A DNA stretch of 64,000 bases from an uncultured candidate division Zixibacteria bacterium (GCA_963735035.1 CAVTJJ010000002.1:32001-96000); one strand, 5' to 3'. Counted from the first letter of the stretch, positions 39,925-49,985 are shown. Notes: generated from the sequence alone by a model not told the origin. Translations and numbers: made by a program.

Positions 39925-40063
39925 CCGTGCCCGGCAGATGTCCACATCTGCCGCGTTAGAAGATTCATCCGGTACCCCACAGCTTGCTACGGATTGTCTT
40001 AAATTGATCGGCAGGGTTCCACCCCTGCCGTATGACTGGTTGGCCCAGCTGCTTGCAGGTGGG
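39925..40063. repeat. Cluster of REP-like hairpins (families A and B)
   Basis: CCGTGCCCGGCAGATGTCCACATCTGCCG; GGTACCCCACAGCTTGCT; GTTGGCCCAGCTGCTTGCAGGTGGG. Confidence 0.75.
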
Positions 40064-40130
40064 TTGAAGACCGGGTGGTCCATCAGTGTGACCAGATCAT
40101 GGGCACCGCACTATTCCTCCATCTACTAAT

Positions 40131-40652
40131 CTACGGACTCACGCTGGGCAATTTCTCGAACGTGTATCTTCTGCCGCTATCAGGATCATCCACGTAGAAG
40201 AACAGCCGAAGTGGACCAAAATTGAGATCCATCAACCCATACGACATGTAAATGTTGACTACGCACCGGTCCACATGGTCGTTCAACTGCTCAAAATCAA
40301 GTTCAACAGAAGACCGTTCACTGGCCTTCGTGATCAGAGACCATGTTCCAAAACCTGAGATTGATCGCGCGCTATCAAGAGTAAGTGGTAGAAGGATCGA
40401 GGGGAGATGCTCCGCTCTGAATTTTCCATCTCCCCTAATCTCGATTAGTGGCTCCTCCGTCAAGAACAAAGTATCGCCGAATGGCAGAACGACGAAATTG
40501 GACGTCTCTTTTGAGGGCATCCACATACCAATGATCTGACTCTTGTCAGGGGAGCCGCATCCTATCACCACGATTCCTGAAATCGCTATTGCGGAAAAAT
40601 GGGCGCGATACGATTGAATATCCATATGTTCTTTCCTTACCGACACTCGCAC
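40131..40652 (-). CDS. Hypothetical lipoprotein
   Basis: Hydrophobic N-terminus ending VIGC, followed by 'IIGMW'. True start probably MDIQ. Confidence 0.55.
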   Translation of the reverse strand: MRVSVRKEHMDIQSYRAHFSAIAISGIVVIGCGSPDKSQIIGMWMPSKETSNFVVLPFGDTLFLTEEPLIEIRGDGKFRAEHLPSILLPLTLDSARSISGFGTWSLITKASERSSVELDFEQLNDHVDRCVVNIYMSYGLMDLNFGPLRLFFYVDDPDSGRRYTFEKLPSVSP

Positions 40653-40728
40653 GGGTTGAACTTTACAGTTTCACTCCAGTTGAGCACTTGTCGCTTCTCC
40701 AACATGGGTCCAGATGAAAACAGTGCCG

Positions 40729-40810
40729 GGTGACCCACCTGCTTGCAGGTCGGTTATAAATCCCCTCGAACCCCGCCGATGCCCCCCACCCGACAAGCGG
40801 GTGGGCCACC
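40729..40810. repeat. Pair of REP-like family B hairpins
   Basis: GGTGACCCACCTGCTTGCAGGT and CCCACCCGACAAGCGGGTGGGCCACC. Confidence 0.75.
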
Positions 40811-41000
40811 AGCCAAGTACGGCCCTGTGTCCCGTGACATAGTCTGATTGCATGTCGCAGTATAATTCATACTGCCCGCTCCTGTCAATCACTGCCGGGG
40901 AACAACCGCCCAGGCCACTATCTGAGAATTATTGCGCACTGTCGGACGATGTCATAAATTAGCCGCCAAGAATCGCGAACTACTGAGACACGGAGAACCG

Positions 41001-41531
41001 ATGGCTGAAGAATCAAAAACCCCCTGGCTGAATTACCTCGCCCTTACCACCGTTGTCCTGGCCGTGTGCGCCACCCTCTCGACCTTCCGGGGAAGCAGCT
41101 ACTCTACCAAGTCGGTTCTCGCCCAGTCACAGGCATCGAACCAATGGTCGTATTACCAGTCCAAGAGCATCAAAGGGTATCTCTACGAAATCGGACTGGA
41201 AAAGCTTGAACTGGAACAAAAGGAAAAGGCGCCCTCCCTGTCTCCGGAGTTGGCCGCTGACTACCAGAAAATGATCGAAGAGTATCGGTCCACCATAGCC
41301 CGATACGACGGGGAAAAGAAGACCATCGACAGTACCGCCCGATCCCAGGAAGAACGCCGCGATTGGGCACAGGGTCACTCGCAGACCTTTGGCGTGGCGG
41401 TGATCTTCCTGCAAATAGCGATCCTGCTCTCATCGATCGCCGCCCTTACAAAGAAGAAGCCGCTCTGGTATCTCGGAATGGCTGTCGGCTCGGTCGGTAT
41501 GGTTTACTTCATTATGGGTGTGTTCTTCTGA
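41001..41531 (+). CDS. DUF4337-like membrane protein
   Basis: ALTTVVLAVCA, ASNQWSYYQSKSIK, LQIAILLSSIAALT; GGAG RBS before ATG 41001. Confidence 0.8.
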   Translation: MAEESKTPWLNYLALTTVVLAVCATLSTFRGSSYSTKSVLAQSQASNQWSYYQSKSIKGYLYEIGLEKLELEQKEKAPSLSPELAADYQKMIEEYRSTIARYDGEKKTIDSTARSQEERRDWAQGHSQTFGVAVIFLQIAILLSSIAALTKKKPLWYLGMAVGSVGMVYFIMGVFF

Positions 41532-41888
41532 TCAAGTGAAGCTTCACAAATTGCTTTACTTTGGCAAGTCCCGATAACCCGCCAATGGCGCGGCTGTGCG
41601 GCCCTTGACCGTCCCCTATTGCCGTACAATCTTCGCAAAGTAATTACGCCACTCAACCCCAGATCGTTGGGGGGACGCCGTCTGAATTATTGCGCGCTCC
41701 CCCCCGCACGGGAACCGCAGACGCCCGGAAATTGTTCAACCAGTCTGTGGATCAGCTAAGATCGACAAGTTGGGTCCAATATTAGGACTACTTCAAGGCG
41801 CATAGAAATTTCAAGCTATTTCAACTTTATATATAACGGAAGCATAACAACTAATCAGTACCTGCTCAAAGTCAAAGGAGATGAACTT

Positions 41889-42437
41889 ATGGTCAGGAGA
41901 ATCACACTAGTAATGGCCTTAGTTGCCATGACCGTCGCGGTGGTCGTTGCCGGCGATATGCAGAAGGCCACAACCGGGACACCGTCGATGGAGGCAATGA
42001 AGGCCGGATTGATGAAGTGCTACGTGTGTAAGAACATCGCGGCACACATGGACGAGTATGGCCCCATGGGCATGGAGGCCGTCAAGCTCAACGACGGACT
42101 TGCTATTCGTCACTGGGTCAGAAGCGGTGACCCGAAGAGCGTGGCGGCGTTACATACCGCTTGCATGGCCGCTGGCAAAGCCGGCGAGGAGGCCATGAAT
42201 TTCACGGATGAACAGGCCAAGACGCAGTTGTGCGAGCAGTGCCAGGCGATTCGGGCTGCGGCCAAAGCCGGCGCCCGTGTGAGCAATGGTGCGACGTCCG
42301 ACGGCGATATTATGGTGCTGACCTCCCCAGACCCCGGTGTTCAGATGCAATTGTCGTCGCTGGAGCAAAAGTGCGCCATGATGGCAGTTATGATGGACAT
42401 GCCGGCCAAGGGAAAGCCGACGGCCCAGAAGAACTAG
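41889..42437 (+). CDS. Secreted Met/Cys-rich hypothetical protein
   Basis: AAGGAG RBS, signal peptide, CYVC and CEQC pairs, Met-rich. Confidence 0.7.
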   Translation: MVRRITLVMALVAMTVAVVVAGDMQKATTGTPSMEAMKAGLMKCYVCKNIAAHMDEYGPMGMEAVKLNDGLAIRHWVRSGDPKSVAALHTACMAAGKAGEEAMNFTDEQAKTQLCEQCQAIRAAAKAGARVSNGATSDGDIMVLTSPDPGVQMQLSSLEQKCAMMAVMMDMPAKGKPTAQKN

Positions 42438-42459
42438 TATGCGAGAATCAGCGGCTTAG

Positions 42460-42490
42460 AGAAGCCCCCTTGACCAGGGGGCTTCTTTCT
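42460..42490. terminator. Intrinsic terminator between convergent genes
   Basis: AGAAGCCCCCT-TGACC-AGGGGGCTTCT followed by TTCTTT. Confidence 0.8.
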
Positions 42491-42508
42491 TTGCCAATTA
42501 TTCGTAGA

Positions 42509-43744
42509 TTAGAAATCGACGCCCAGCCGGGTCAGAAACGTGTCGCTGTGGTCGGAACCTGTCCGGTTGGCTCCGACCGGTGTGCGATAGGTGGTACGAT
42601 TAAGCTCCATCGCCACATACGCAACCGTTCCGGCCTTCTCCACAACCGTGTAGCGACCACCCAGCGAATATCGACCCCTGGTGACTCGTGCGGAGAAGTA
42701 CGACGCCATCCCGTCGTCCTGAAAACTCTCAAACCGAAACGCGGTCGTAAACGGATGCGACCGGGCAAACAACCTTCGAGCCCGGTACAAACCCCGTCGC
42801 GTGAATTGGCTGGGTCGATAGACGAACGAATACGCGGCCGTTAAACTTAGCACACTCTCTCGGAATTCGCGATCGGCGTCCACATACCGCTCCCGACGCA
42901 AGGCCTTGATGTACTCGGCATCGAAAGAGATGCTCTTTGCCATTGGAACAACGATGTTGGTTGCTAATTGAACCACCACGTTGCGTCGAACATGCCCCGG
43001 CTCGCTGAGAACCGCCGCCATCAGGGTTACGGACGAATCCACCGACGAAAATATTCCCGAAGCCACCCATGAGCTGATCTGAGCGGCCGTATCCGGCGCT
43101 CGCATGATTTCGGCGGTATCGAACAGCCGGGATTGGAACAGGTGGTCGCTCGACTCGGCGCCCTTGTAGACCGTCAGCGATGCGTCCAAAGTCGGACCGG
43201 CTTGAATACCGGCCGTCAACCCCACTTTGTTGACCTCATAAGCGTCCTTGGCCATCGGGTCGCTTATCAGTTGATTCTCAAAGACGCCAAAAGGCTGACT
43301 CCTTTTGCCAAATACGGCATAAGGTCCTGAGGCAAAGCCCTGAACATCGATGTGCGCTTCGTCGATAGCTACCCGCTGATCGCCTTCATTGACAAAGTCA
43401 TCCAGCCATTCCGAATTTAGCACGACGGTCGATGAAACATTCTCGGCCAGAGGCGATTCAAGAGCAATTTCGATAATACGCACGTAGAGGTCGGATGTGG
43501 CTCGCTTTCCCGAAGGCCGAATGGGAGTACCGTTGTTCCACCTCAGTTCCCCCTGAAACGTTCCGGACAATTTCAATCTGTCTGTCGGCGACGTGTTCTT
43601 AGTAGTCGTAGAGTCAGATGCGGTGGCTCCAGCCACAGGACTTGCCTTTGCCGTGTAAGCACGTGCCCCAATTAGAAACGTACACGTCGCAACTGCGACC
43701 AGTGTAGTGGACCTAAACAACAACATCTTCTCTCTCCCATCCAA
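42509..43744 (-). CDS. Outer-membrane beta-barrel, LbtU-family-like porin
   Basis: Signal peptide, LSG...SDLYV...IDEAHI...FGKRSQPFGVFENQLISDPM, terminal Phe (LGVDF). Confidence 0.7.
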   Translation of the reverse strand: MDGREKMLLFRSTTLVAVATCTFLIGARAYTAKASPVAGATASDSTTTKNTSPTDRLKLSGTFQGELRWNNGTPIRPSGKRATSDLYVRIIEIALESPLAENVSSTVVLNSEWLDDFVNEGDQRVAIDEAHIDVQGFASGPYAVFGKRSQPFGVFENQLISDPMAKDAYEVNKVGLTAGIQAGPTLDASLTVYKGAESSDHLFQSRLFDTAEIMRAPDTAAQISSWVASGIFSSVDSSVTLMAAVLSEPGHVRRNVVVQLATNIVVPMAKSISFDAEYIKALRRERYVDADREFRESVLSLTAAYSFVYRPSQFTRRGLYRARRLFARSHPFTTAFRFESFQDDGMASYFSARVTRGRYSLGGRYTVVEKAGTVAYVAMELNRTTYRTPVGANRTGSDHSDTFLTRLGVDF

Positions 43745-44183
43745 AGCGGCTGCAATGTAATGTGCAGGATACTATCCACGCAATGCTCAAACCGCCTGGC
43801 TACTCGCGATTGCAGCCCTACCTACGGGCTATCTGAAAATGCGAGATCAAGAGCCGGTAGAACAACCGTTCTTGATGAACATCGTATCCGACTTGTCGCG
43901 ATACCAGGTTCGATAATCGTTGTCGTGCATCCACGACTGGATATCCGCAAGATACGGATTGTGATAGCGCTTGCCGTGCGTTTCGAGATAGATAACTACG
44001 GACGCTCGAAAAGTCGCTCGTTCATCATATTGATGCAAATGAAGTCAATCAGATTGTCACTCTAATTTCTTGACCGACAACATATTGACTTGTGCTTGGG
44101 GACTGGCGTGATGTCCGGGTTCTTCCTAAGTCCTATAAAGTTACAGAAAGACAAACACTGATAAGACAGCCCCAAATAGGGTC

Positions 44184-44211
44184 TTGACAAATACGGGATA
44201 CTCGGTATATT
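44184..44211 (+). promoter_or_regulatory. Probable sigma70 promoter of the trp/aro operon
   Basis: TTGACA (44184-44189), 16-nt spacer, TATATT (44206-44211), ending 9 nt before the leader ATG. Confidence 0.6.
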
Positions 44212-44220
44212 GGGTCTGAC

Positions 44221-44325
44221 ATGTCCAACTTGGCTTACATAACGGTCGCCCTGATTTCCCTCAGCTCAGTTTTTACCTATTGGTGGTATCGTCATACCCT
44301 CGATAGTGGGCTTGTGCCGGTATAG
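44221..44325 (+). CDS. trpL: Attenuator leader peptide (34 aa)
   Basis: Not in the ORF track. MSNLAYITVALISLSSVFTYWWYRHTLDSGLVPV-TAG; tandem Trp codons at 44281-44286 flanked by Tyr/Phe codons. Confidence 0.85.
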   Translation: MSNLAYITVALISLSSVFTYWWYRHTLDSGLVPV

Positions 44326-44380
44326 CCGTTACAGGACAAAGAAATTTGAAGCCCGCTATCGAGAAGATAGCGGGCTTTTT
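44299..44380 (+). terminator. Transcription attenuator (antiterminator and terminator)
   Basis: Terminator AAGCCCGCTATC-GAGAA-GATAGCGGGCTT-TTT (44349-44380). CTCGATAGTGGGCTT (44299-44313) can instead pair with 44349-44363 (15 bp, one G-U). Confidence 0.9.
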
Positions 44381-44397
44381 CGTTTCCGGAGGAAAAC

Positions 44398-45867
44398 TTG
44401 GAAATATTCGAAGCTCTAAACGAAAGCCCCCGCAAAGGAAAATTGACCCTCGACCTCGAGGAACTTGATTTCCCCGGAGATCTCGAAACCCCCGTCTCAG
44501 CCTTCATGAAACTACGAGGAGCGGGCGCCCGCTTTCTTCTTGAATCAGCCGAAGACCCCAAATCATCCGGCCGCTACACATTCATAGGCATAGACCCCTT
44601 GCTCCGGATCGAGATACGCGAACAGGATACCCTGATCACGTCGGGCGACGGTAGCCTTACGGTACCACATACGTCATCCAGCGCGCCCTTCGACGGGTTG
44701 AGATTGGTCCTCGATCGATTCCAGACCTCCCCCCATGTCGAAATGCCCCTGCTCGGCGGCCTGGTCGGGTTCACGTCGTACGACATCGTCAAGTTCTTCG
44801 AGCCGAAGTTGGTAAACCTTCTTGCCCCGTCTGATTGGCCGCTCGGCCTCTTCTACTTCGTCGACAAGCTTCTCGTTTTCGACCACTACATGCGGCGCAT
44901 GAAATTGGTCCGCCTGCTTCATCAGGGCGAGACCCTTCGCTCCGGCGGCGAACCGATCGGGCTGGAACAAATCAGAGCCAACCTCGACGGCGCCCGCGTG
45001 CTCGCCTCAAATGGCAAGACTGCAGCCGACAGTGACTACATCTCCAATTTCACACAGGCCGAGTACGAAGCTATGGTTCTGAAAACTCAGGAGCATATTG
45101 TGAAGGGAGACATCTTCCAGACGGTAGTCTCGCAGTGCGAACAGCGTGAGTCAGCGGTAGATTGCTTTCAGGTCTATCGGGCGCTCCGCATGCTCAACCC
45201 TTCTCCCTATATGTACTACCTGGATTTTGGCGAGATCGAACTGATCGGGTCCTCGCCTGAGGCACTTGTCAAGCTGCGCGACGGCCTGGCTACAGCCCGA
45301 CCCATCGCCGGCACTCGAAGGCGCGGCCGCACTCCGGACGATGACCACCGCATGGCTGAAGAACTAATCCGCGATGAAAAGGAACGCGCTGAACATGTCA
45401 TGCTGGTTGATCTCGCCCGTAACGATCTCGGAAGAGTATGCGAGTTCGGCTCCATCTCAGTACCATCCATGCTTCAATTGGAATACTACTCCCACGTCAT
45501 GCACTTGACATCCACCGTTACAGGACGACTGCGAAGCGGCTGTGACCAATTTGATCTATTCCGCTCGGCCTTCCCGGCGGGGACTGTGTCAGGCGCTCCC
45601 AAGTTACGGGCAATGGAGATTATTGCCGATCTCGAGAAGTCGGCACGTGGGCCGTACGCCGGAGCAGTCGGTTACTTCTCGCTCTCGGGCGATTGCGACA
45701 TGTGTATAACGATCCGCACGATCATCAAGCGTAAGGGCAAACTCCTGCTGCAGGCCGGGGCCGGCATTGTCGCCGACTCGATTCCCTCGCAAGAATACCT
45801 CGAAACCAGAAACAAAATTGCGGTTCTCAAGAAAGCCATCAGCGACGCCGAGGAGGGACGGCTATGA
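44398..45867 (+). CDS. trpE: Anthranilate synthase component I
   Basis: ETPVSAF, LLES, NPSPYMY, GSSPE, PIAGT, EHVMLVDLARND, FPAGTVSGAPK; TTG start after GGAGG. Confidence 0.96.
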   Translation: MEIFEALNESPRKGKLTLDLEELDFPGDLETPVSAFMKLRGAGARFLLESAEDPKSSGRYTFIGIDPLLRIEIREQDTLITSGDGSLTVPHTSSSAPFDGLRLVLDRFQTSPHVEMPLLGGLVGFTSYDIVKFFEPKLVNLLAPSDWPLGLFYFVDKLLVFDHYMRRMKLVRLLHQGETLRSGGEPIGLEQIRANLDGARVLASNGKTAADSDYISNFTQAEYEAMVLKTQEHIVKGDIFQTVVSQCEQRESAVDCFQVYRALRMLNPSPYMYYLDFGEIELIGSSPEALVKLRDGLATARPIAGTRRRGRTPDDDHRMAEELIRDEKERAEHVMLVDLARNDLGRVCEFGSISVPSMLQLEYYSHVMHLTSTVTGRLRSGCDQFDLFRSAFPAGTVSGAPKLRAMEIIADLEKSARGPYAGAVGYFSLSGDCDMCITIRTIIKRKGKLLLQAGAGIVADSIPSQEYLETRNKIAVLKKAISDAEEGRL

Positions 45868-46433
45868 CGCTCTTCATCGACAACTACGATTCATTCATCT
45901 ATAACCTCGTCCAGTACTTCGGCGAGAGAGACCCCAACCTGCGCGTGTGTCGCCCGGAGCAGATCACTCTCGAGGAAGTTGTCACTTTGCACCCCGAGAG
46001 GATCATCCTCTCCCCCGGTCCCGGGCATCCCCGCGACGCCGCCCTGTGCCTTGATATCATCAAGACGCTCCACACTCAGATTCCGATTCTCGGCGTCTGC
46101 CTGGGACATCAGTGCATCGCGACGGCGTTTGGGGCCGACGTAATTCCGGCCGAACGGCTCGTGCACGGGAAGACATCGGAAATCTACCATCGCGGCCGGG
46201 GTATTCTATCCGGTCTGCCCAACCCGTTTCGCGCCACCCGCTATCATTCACTGATTGTCAGCGAAGAGACCCTGCCCCCTGAACTTAAGGTTGTCGCCTA
46301 TACCAACGACGGCGAAGTCATGGGGCTGATGCACGAATCTTCGCCCCTGTTCGGAGTTCAGTTTCATCCGGAGTCGATTCTCACCGAAGAAGGCAAGCAG
46401 ATCATCAATCACTTTATGGAATGGCGCTCATGA
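45864..46433 (+). CDS. trpG: Anthranilate synthase component II (glutamine amidotransferase)
   Basis: IDNYDSF, SPGPG, GVCLGHQ, RYHSL, QFHPES. Confidence 0.96.
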   Translation: MTLFIDNYDSFIYNLVQYFGERDPNLRVCRPEQITLEEVVTLHPERIILSPGPGHPRDAALCLDIIKTLHTQIPILGVCLGHQCIATAFGADVIPAERLVHGKTSEIYHRGRGILSGLPNPFRATRYHSLIVSEETLPPELKVVAYTNDGEVMGLMHESSPLFGVQFHPESILTEEGKQIINHFMEWRS

Positions 46434-47446
46434 CCAGAAACGTCCTTAACAAATTGACCGAAGGCCGCTCACTTGGCCTGGCCGAAACCGAAGCGTTCAT
46501 TGATGCGATCGCCGGCGGCAGCGCTACCGACGCCCAGATTGCGGCTTTCCTGACCGGCTTGCGAATCAAAGGCGAGAGCGCCGAGGAACTCGCAGGATGT
46601 GTCAGCGCCTTGCGACGGCACGCCGTTCATGTCCCCCATCATCAGAAGATCGTCTTCGATTGCTGCGGCACGGGCGGTGACGGTTCCAACACCTCGAACA
46701 TTTCGACCGCAGCGGCGTTTGTGGTGGCTTCTTGTGGCGTTCCCACAGCCAAGCACGGTAACCGCGCGGTCAGCTCGAGTTGTGGCTCAGCCGACATCCT
46801 CGAAGAAGCGGGCGCGAAAATCGACATCAGCCCCGAGCATTCCGCGCGACTTCTCGATGAGATCGGCTTCTGCTTCCTCTTTGCCCCGCATTATCATCCC
46901 GCTACCATGCGAGTTGCCAAAGTGCGTCGAGAACTCGCCTTCCGCACGATCTTCAACCTGATCGGCCCCCTCCTCAACCCGGCCCGCGCCACTCACCAGA
47001 TCATCGGAACGTCGTCCTCGAAGTACGCCGCGCTGCTGGCGACGGTAGCAGGACACTTCACCCAGCAGAGTATTGTCAGTTTTCACAATTCACTCGGCGT
47101 TGATGAAATCCTGCCACTGGGTACGAATGTCCTGTACCGCTGGTCGGACAATCACGCCCGACCGGAGATATTATCTGTCCCGGCTTTGTTCGGCGACGGC
47201 TTCACGCTTGATGCCATTCGCGGCGGCGACCGCAAGACAAACCTTGTCATTTTGAAAGAAGTTCTGGCAGGCACGATTTCGTTCCACACGAAAGTAACCG
47301 CGCTCAACGCCGCCCTGGGCCTTCTCTGTGTGGGCAAGGTGTCGGATCTCGAAGACGGCTATGATATGGCGATGGATTCTCTCCGATCAGGATTAGCCAT
47401 CCGACTGTTCGAACGGTTTGTAACAATGTCGCAAGAGGCCGACTGA
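46430..47446 (+). CDS. trpD: Anthranilate phosphoribosyltransferase
   Basis: DCCGTGGDG, NIST, AKHGNRAVSS, RTIFNLIGPLLNP. Confidence 0.95.
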   Translation: MTRNVLNKLTEGRSLGLAETEAFIDAIAGGSATDAQIAAFLTGLRIKGESAEELAGCVSALRRHAVHVPHHQKIVFDCCGTGGDGSNTSNISTAAAFVVASCGVPTAKHGNRAVSSSCGSADILEEAGAKIDISPEHSARLLDEIGFCFLFAPHYHPATMRVAKVRRELAFRTIFNLIGPLLNPARATHQIIGTSSSKYAALLATVAGHFTQQSIVSFHNSLGVDEILPLGTNVLYRWSDNHARPEILSVPALFGDGFTLDAIRGGDRKTNLVILKEVLAGTISFHTKVTALNAALGLLCVGKVSDLEDGYDMAMDSLRSGLAIRLFERFVTMSQEAD

Positions 47447-48219
47447 TGCTGTTCACCATTGCCAACCGGGTGCGAGCGCGACTCGAGGCCCAGGATCGTG
47501 CGGCATGGGAGCGCGCCATCGAGTCCAAATTACAGTTGCGGGGTCCATGTCTCGGATTTCGACAGGCGCTTGTTGGTGATGGCGAGCATTTCATATTCGA
47601 AATCAAGAGAACCTCTCCGAGGAGCCGGGGTACTACGATCTTGTTGGACGTAGCCACGACCGCCAGAAGCCTGCAGGACCATGGCACTTCAGCCATCAGC
47701 GTCCTGACAGAAAGCGACTACTTCGGCGGCAGCCTCTCCGATCTCGATACCGCCCGTCAATCCGTGTCTCTGCCATTACTGCGCAAGGATTTCATTGTCG
47801 ATAAGCTTCAGATCGCCGAAGCCAAAGCGTTTGGCGCCGACGCGGTCTTGTTGATAGCCGCGCTTCTTCCAGATGGACTGTTGAGGGAGTTCGTGGCGTG
47901 CGCGTTTTCGCTGGGTATCGACGCCCTGGTCGAGATTCATGATGAGTCCGAGCTTGGCCATGTCGTGGACTCGGGAGCAACGATTATCGGTGTCAACAAC
48001 CGCAATCTACACGCTATGACAATCGATCTTCCTGCGGGCGCGCGACTGCTGCAATTGGTTCCCGATCATTGTGTTCGGGTGGCCGAAAGCGGCCTGGCGT
48101 CCCGTGCCGACGTAATTATGATGCGCGATGCCGGCGCCAATGCCTTTCTGATTGGCTCTGCGATCATGCGCGCTCCCGATATGACCGCCGCTATCAAGGA
48201 GTTGATAGGTCATGACTAA
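47446..48219 (+). CDS. trpC: Indole-3-glycerol phosphate synthase
   Basis: EIKRTSP, ISVLTE, LRKDF, GVNNRNL, VAESG. Confidence 0.95.
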   Translation: MLFTIANRVRARLEAQDRAAWERAIESKLQLRGPCLGFRQALVGDGEHFIFEIKRTSPRSRGTTILLDVATTARSLQDHGTSAISVLTESDYFGGSLSDLDTARQSVSLPLLRKDFIVDKLQIAEAKAFGADAVLLIAALLPDGLLREFVACAFSLGIDALVEIHDESELGHVVDSGATIIGVNNRNLHAMTIDLPAGARLLQLVPDHCVRVAESGLASRADVIMMRDAGANAFLIGSAIMRAPDMTAAIKELIGHD

Positions 48220-48802
48220 GGTCAAATTCTGCGGCATTACTAACGTGCGGGACGCTATCGCCGCGGTCGACGCCGGCGCTGATTTTATCGGCCTGGTTCT
48301 GTCGCCTTCTCCCCGACGTGTCGACATTCAGACGGTTGAGAGTATCGTATCCGCCGTGGCTGACAGGGTGTGCACTGTCGGCGTGTTTGCTTCGGAAGCG
48401 GATCTCCTGTCGTTCGATCGAACCACTGATAGTCAGCTCGACTACTTTCAGGTGTACTTTGACTACCGCGGTCTACCCGTCCGACAACCACAGAGGGATT
48501 GGATCAGGTCGTTCTGGATCACTGACTCGGTCAATTGTGAACACCCGAACCACTCCGGCTTGTTTCTATATGATTTCAAGAAGCCCGGTATCGATGCTAT
48601 GCGCGATCTGTGTTCTGAACGTCAGGACGAAATCACACAACGGACATTCATAGCCGGCAATCTGACAGTCGAGAACGTTCACGACGTAGTAAGCGAGTTT
48701 CGGCCGTTCGGTGTTGATGTCGCGCGTGGCACCGAGCTGTCGCCGGGTATGAAGGATGTGGCCAAGATGGAACAGTTTATTCAGAGAGTAAAGAATGTCT
48801 AA
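48212..48802 (+). CDS. trpF: Phosphoribosylanthranilate isomerase
   Basis: KVKFCGIT, SPRRV, AGNLTVENV, GVDVARGTE...PGMKD. Confidence 0.9.
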   Translation: MTKVKFCGITNVRDAIAAVDAGADFIGLVLSPSPRRVDIQTVESIVSAVADRVCTVGVFASEADLLSFDRTTDSQLDYFQVYFDYRGLPVRQPQRDWIRSFWITDSVNCEHPNHSGLFLYDFKKPGIDAMRDLCSERQDEITQRTFIAGNLTVENVHDVVSEFRPFGVDVARGTELSPGMKDVAKMEQFIQRVKNV

Positions 48803-49985
48803 ATCACTACGAAAAGGATACTACGGCGAGTTCGGTGGTCGGTTCGTCCCCGAGACATTGGTCGCGGCTCTGGATGAACTGGAGCGCTGCTTTGTCAAAT
48901 CGCGAGGGGAGAAACAATTCAAGGCTGAGCTGCAGGGTCTGCTTCGGGATTTCGGAGGCCGTCCCACGCCACTCTACCTGGCTACCAATCTGACCCGACG
49001 CTGGAAAGGGGCGCGGATCTATCTCAAACGTGAAGACCTCAACCACACCGGCGCACATAAGATAAATAACACAATCGGCCAGGCACTGCTCGCCAGACGT
49101 CTGGGCAAGAAGCGAATTGTCGCGGAGACGGGTGCCGGACAGCACGGAACCGCCACGGCGGCTGTGTGCGCCATGATGGGGCTTCGCTGCATCATATACA
49201 TGGGCAGCCACGACATGCAACGTCAGCAGCCCAATGTTCTGCGCATGCAATACCTGGGCGCCGAAGTACGCGAGGTAAAAGCCGGTCTGGCCACGCTCAA
49301 AGAGGCAACTTCCGAAGCCATTCGCGACTGGGTCACAAATGTCAATGATACTCACTACATCATAGGCTCGGCGGTCGGCCCTCACCCCTACCCCATGATC
49401 GTGAAAGAGTTTCAGTCGGTGATAGGCCGAGAGACCCATCAACAGATCATGCGCCGTGAACACCATCTCCCAGACTACGTCGTAGCCTGCATCGGCGGCG
49501 GTTCGAACGCCATAGGCATATTCTCGTCATTTCTCAAGGACCCCAAAGTCGCGCTGATCGGTGTGGAGTCGGCCGGCGAAAGTCTGAAGCCGGGACGGCA
49601 TGCGGCTGCCCTCGGGATGGGTACGCCGGGGGTGCTTCATGGATCGCGCAGCTACATACTTCAGGACAGCGAAGGCCAAATATCGCTGACCACTACAATA
49701 AGCGCCGGTCTTGACTACCCGGGCGTGGGCCCGGAACACGCCTCGCTCAAGGATTCCGGCCGGGTGCTCTATCGCACCGCGTTGGACCGGGAGGCGGTTA
49801 CCGCGTTTCGAGAGTTGTGCTGCTACGAAGGCATCATTCCTGCACTCGAATCGAGCTTCGCCCTGGCCTATGCCCGCAAGCTGGCTCGCAAGACGAAACC
49901 GAATCAGATCATAATAGTCAACCTCTCCGGCCGGGGTGACAAAGACCTGCAAAGCGTGATCGATTATGAACGACAAGCTGAATAA
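48795..49985 (+). CDS. trpB: Tryptophan synthase beta chain
   Basis: KREDLNHTGAHKINN, AETGAGQHG, SAGLDYPGVGPEH, NLSGRGDKD. Confidence 0.98.
   Translation: MSKSLRKGYYGEFGGRFVPETLVAALDELERCFVKSRGEKQFKAELQGLLRDFGGRPTPLYLATNLTRRWKGARIYLKREDLNHTGAHKINNTIGQALLARRLGKKRIVAETGAGQHGTATAAVCAMMGLRCIIYMGSHDMQRQQPNVLRMQYLGAEVREVKAGLATLKEATSEAIRDWVTNVNDTHYIIGSAVGPHPYPMIVKEFQSVIGRETHQQIMRREHHLPDYVVACIGGGSNAIGIFSSFLKDPKVALIGVESAGESLKPGRHAAALGMGTPGVLHGSRSYILQDSEGQISLTTTISAGLDYPGVGPEHASLKDSGRVLYRTALDREAVTAFRELCCYEGIIPALESSFALAYARKLARKTKPNQIIIVNLSGRGDKDLQSVIDYERQAE

Noticed and set aside
43760..44065. Short ORFs on both strands between the porin and the trp promoter
   Set aside because: No recognisable motif or RBS; possibly a gene remnant but unsupported.
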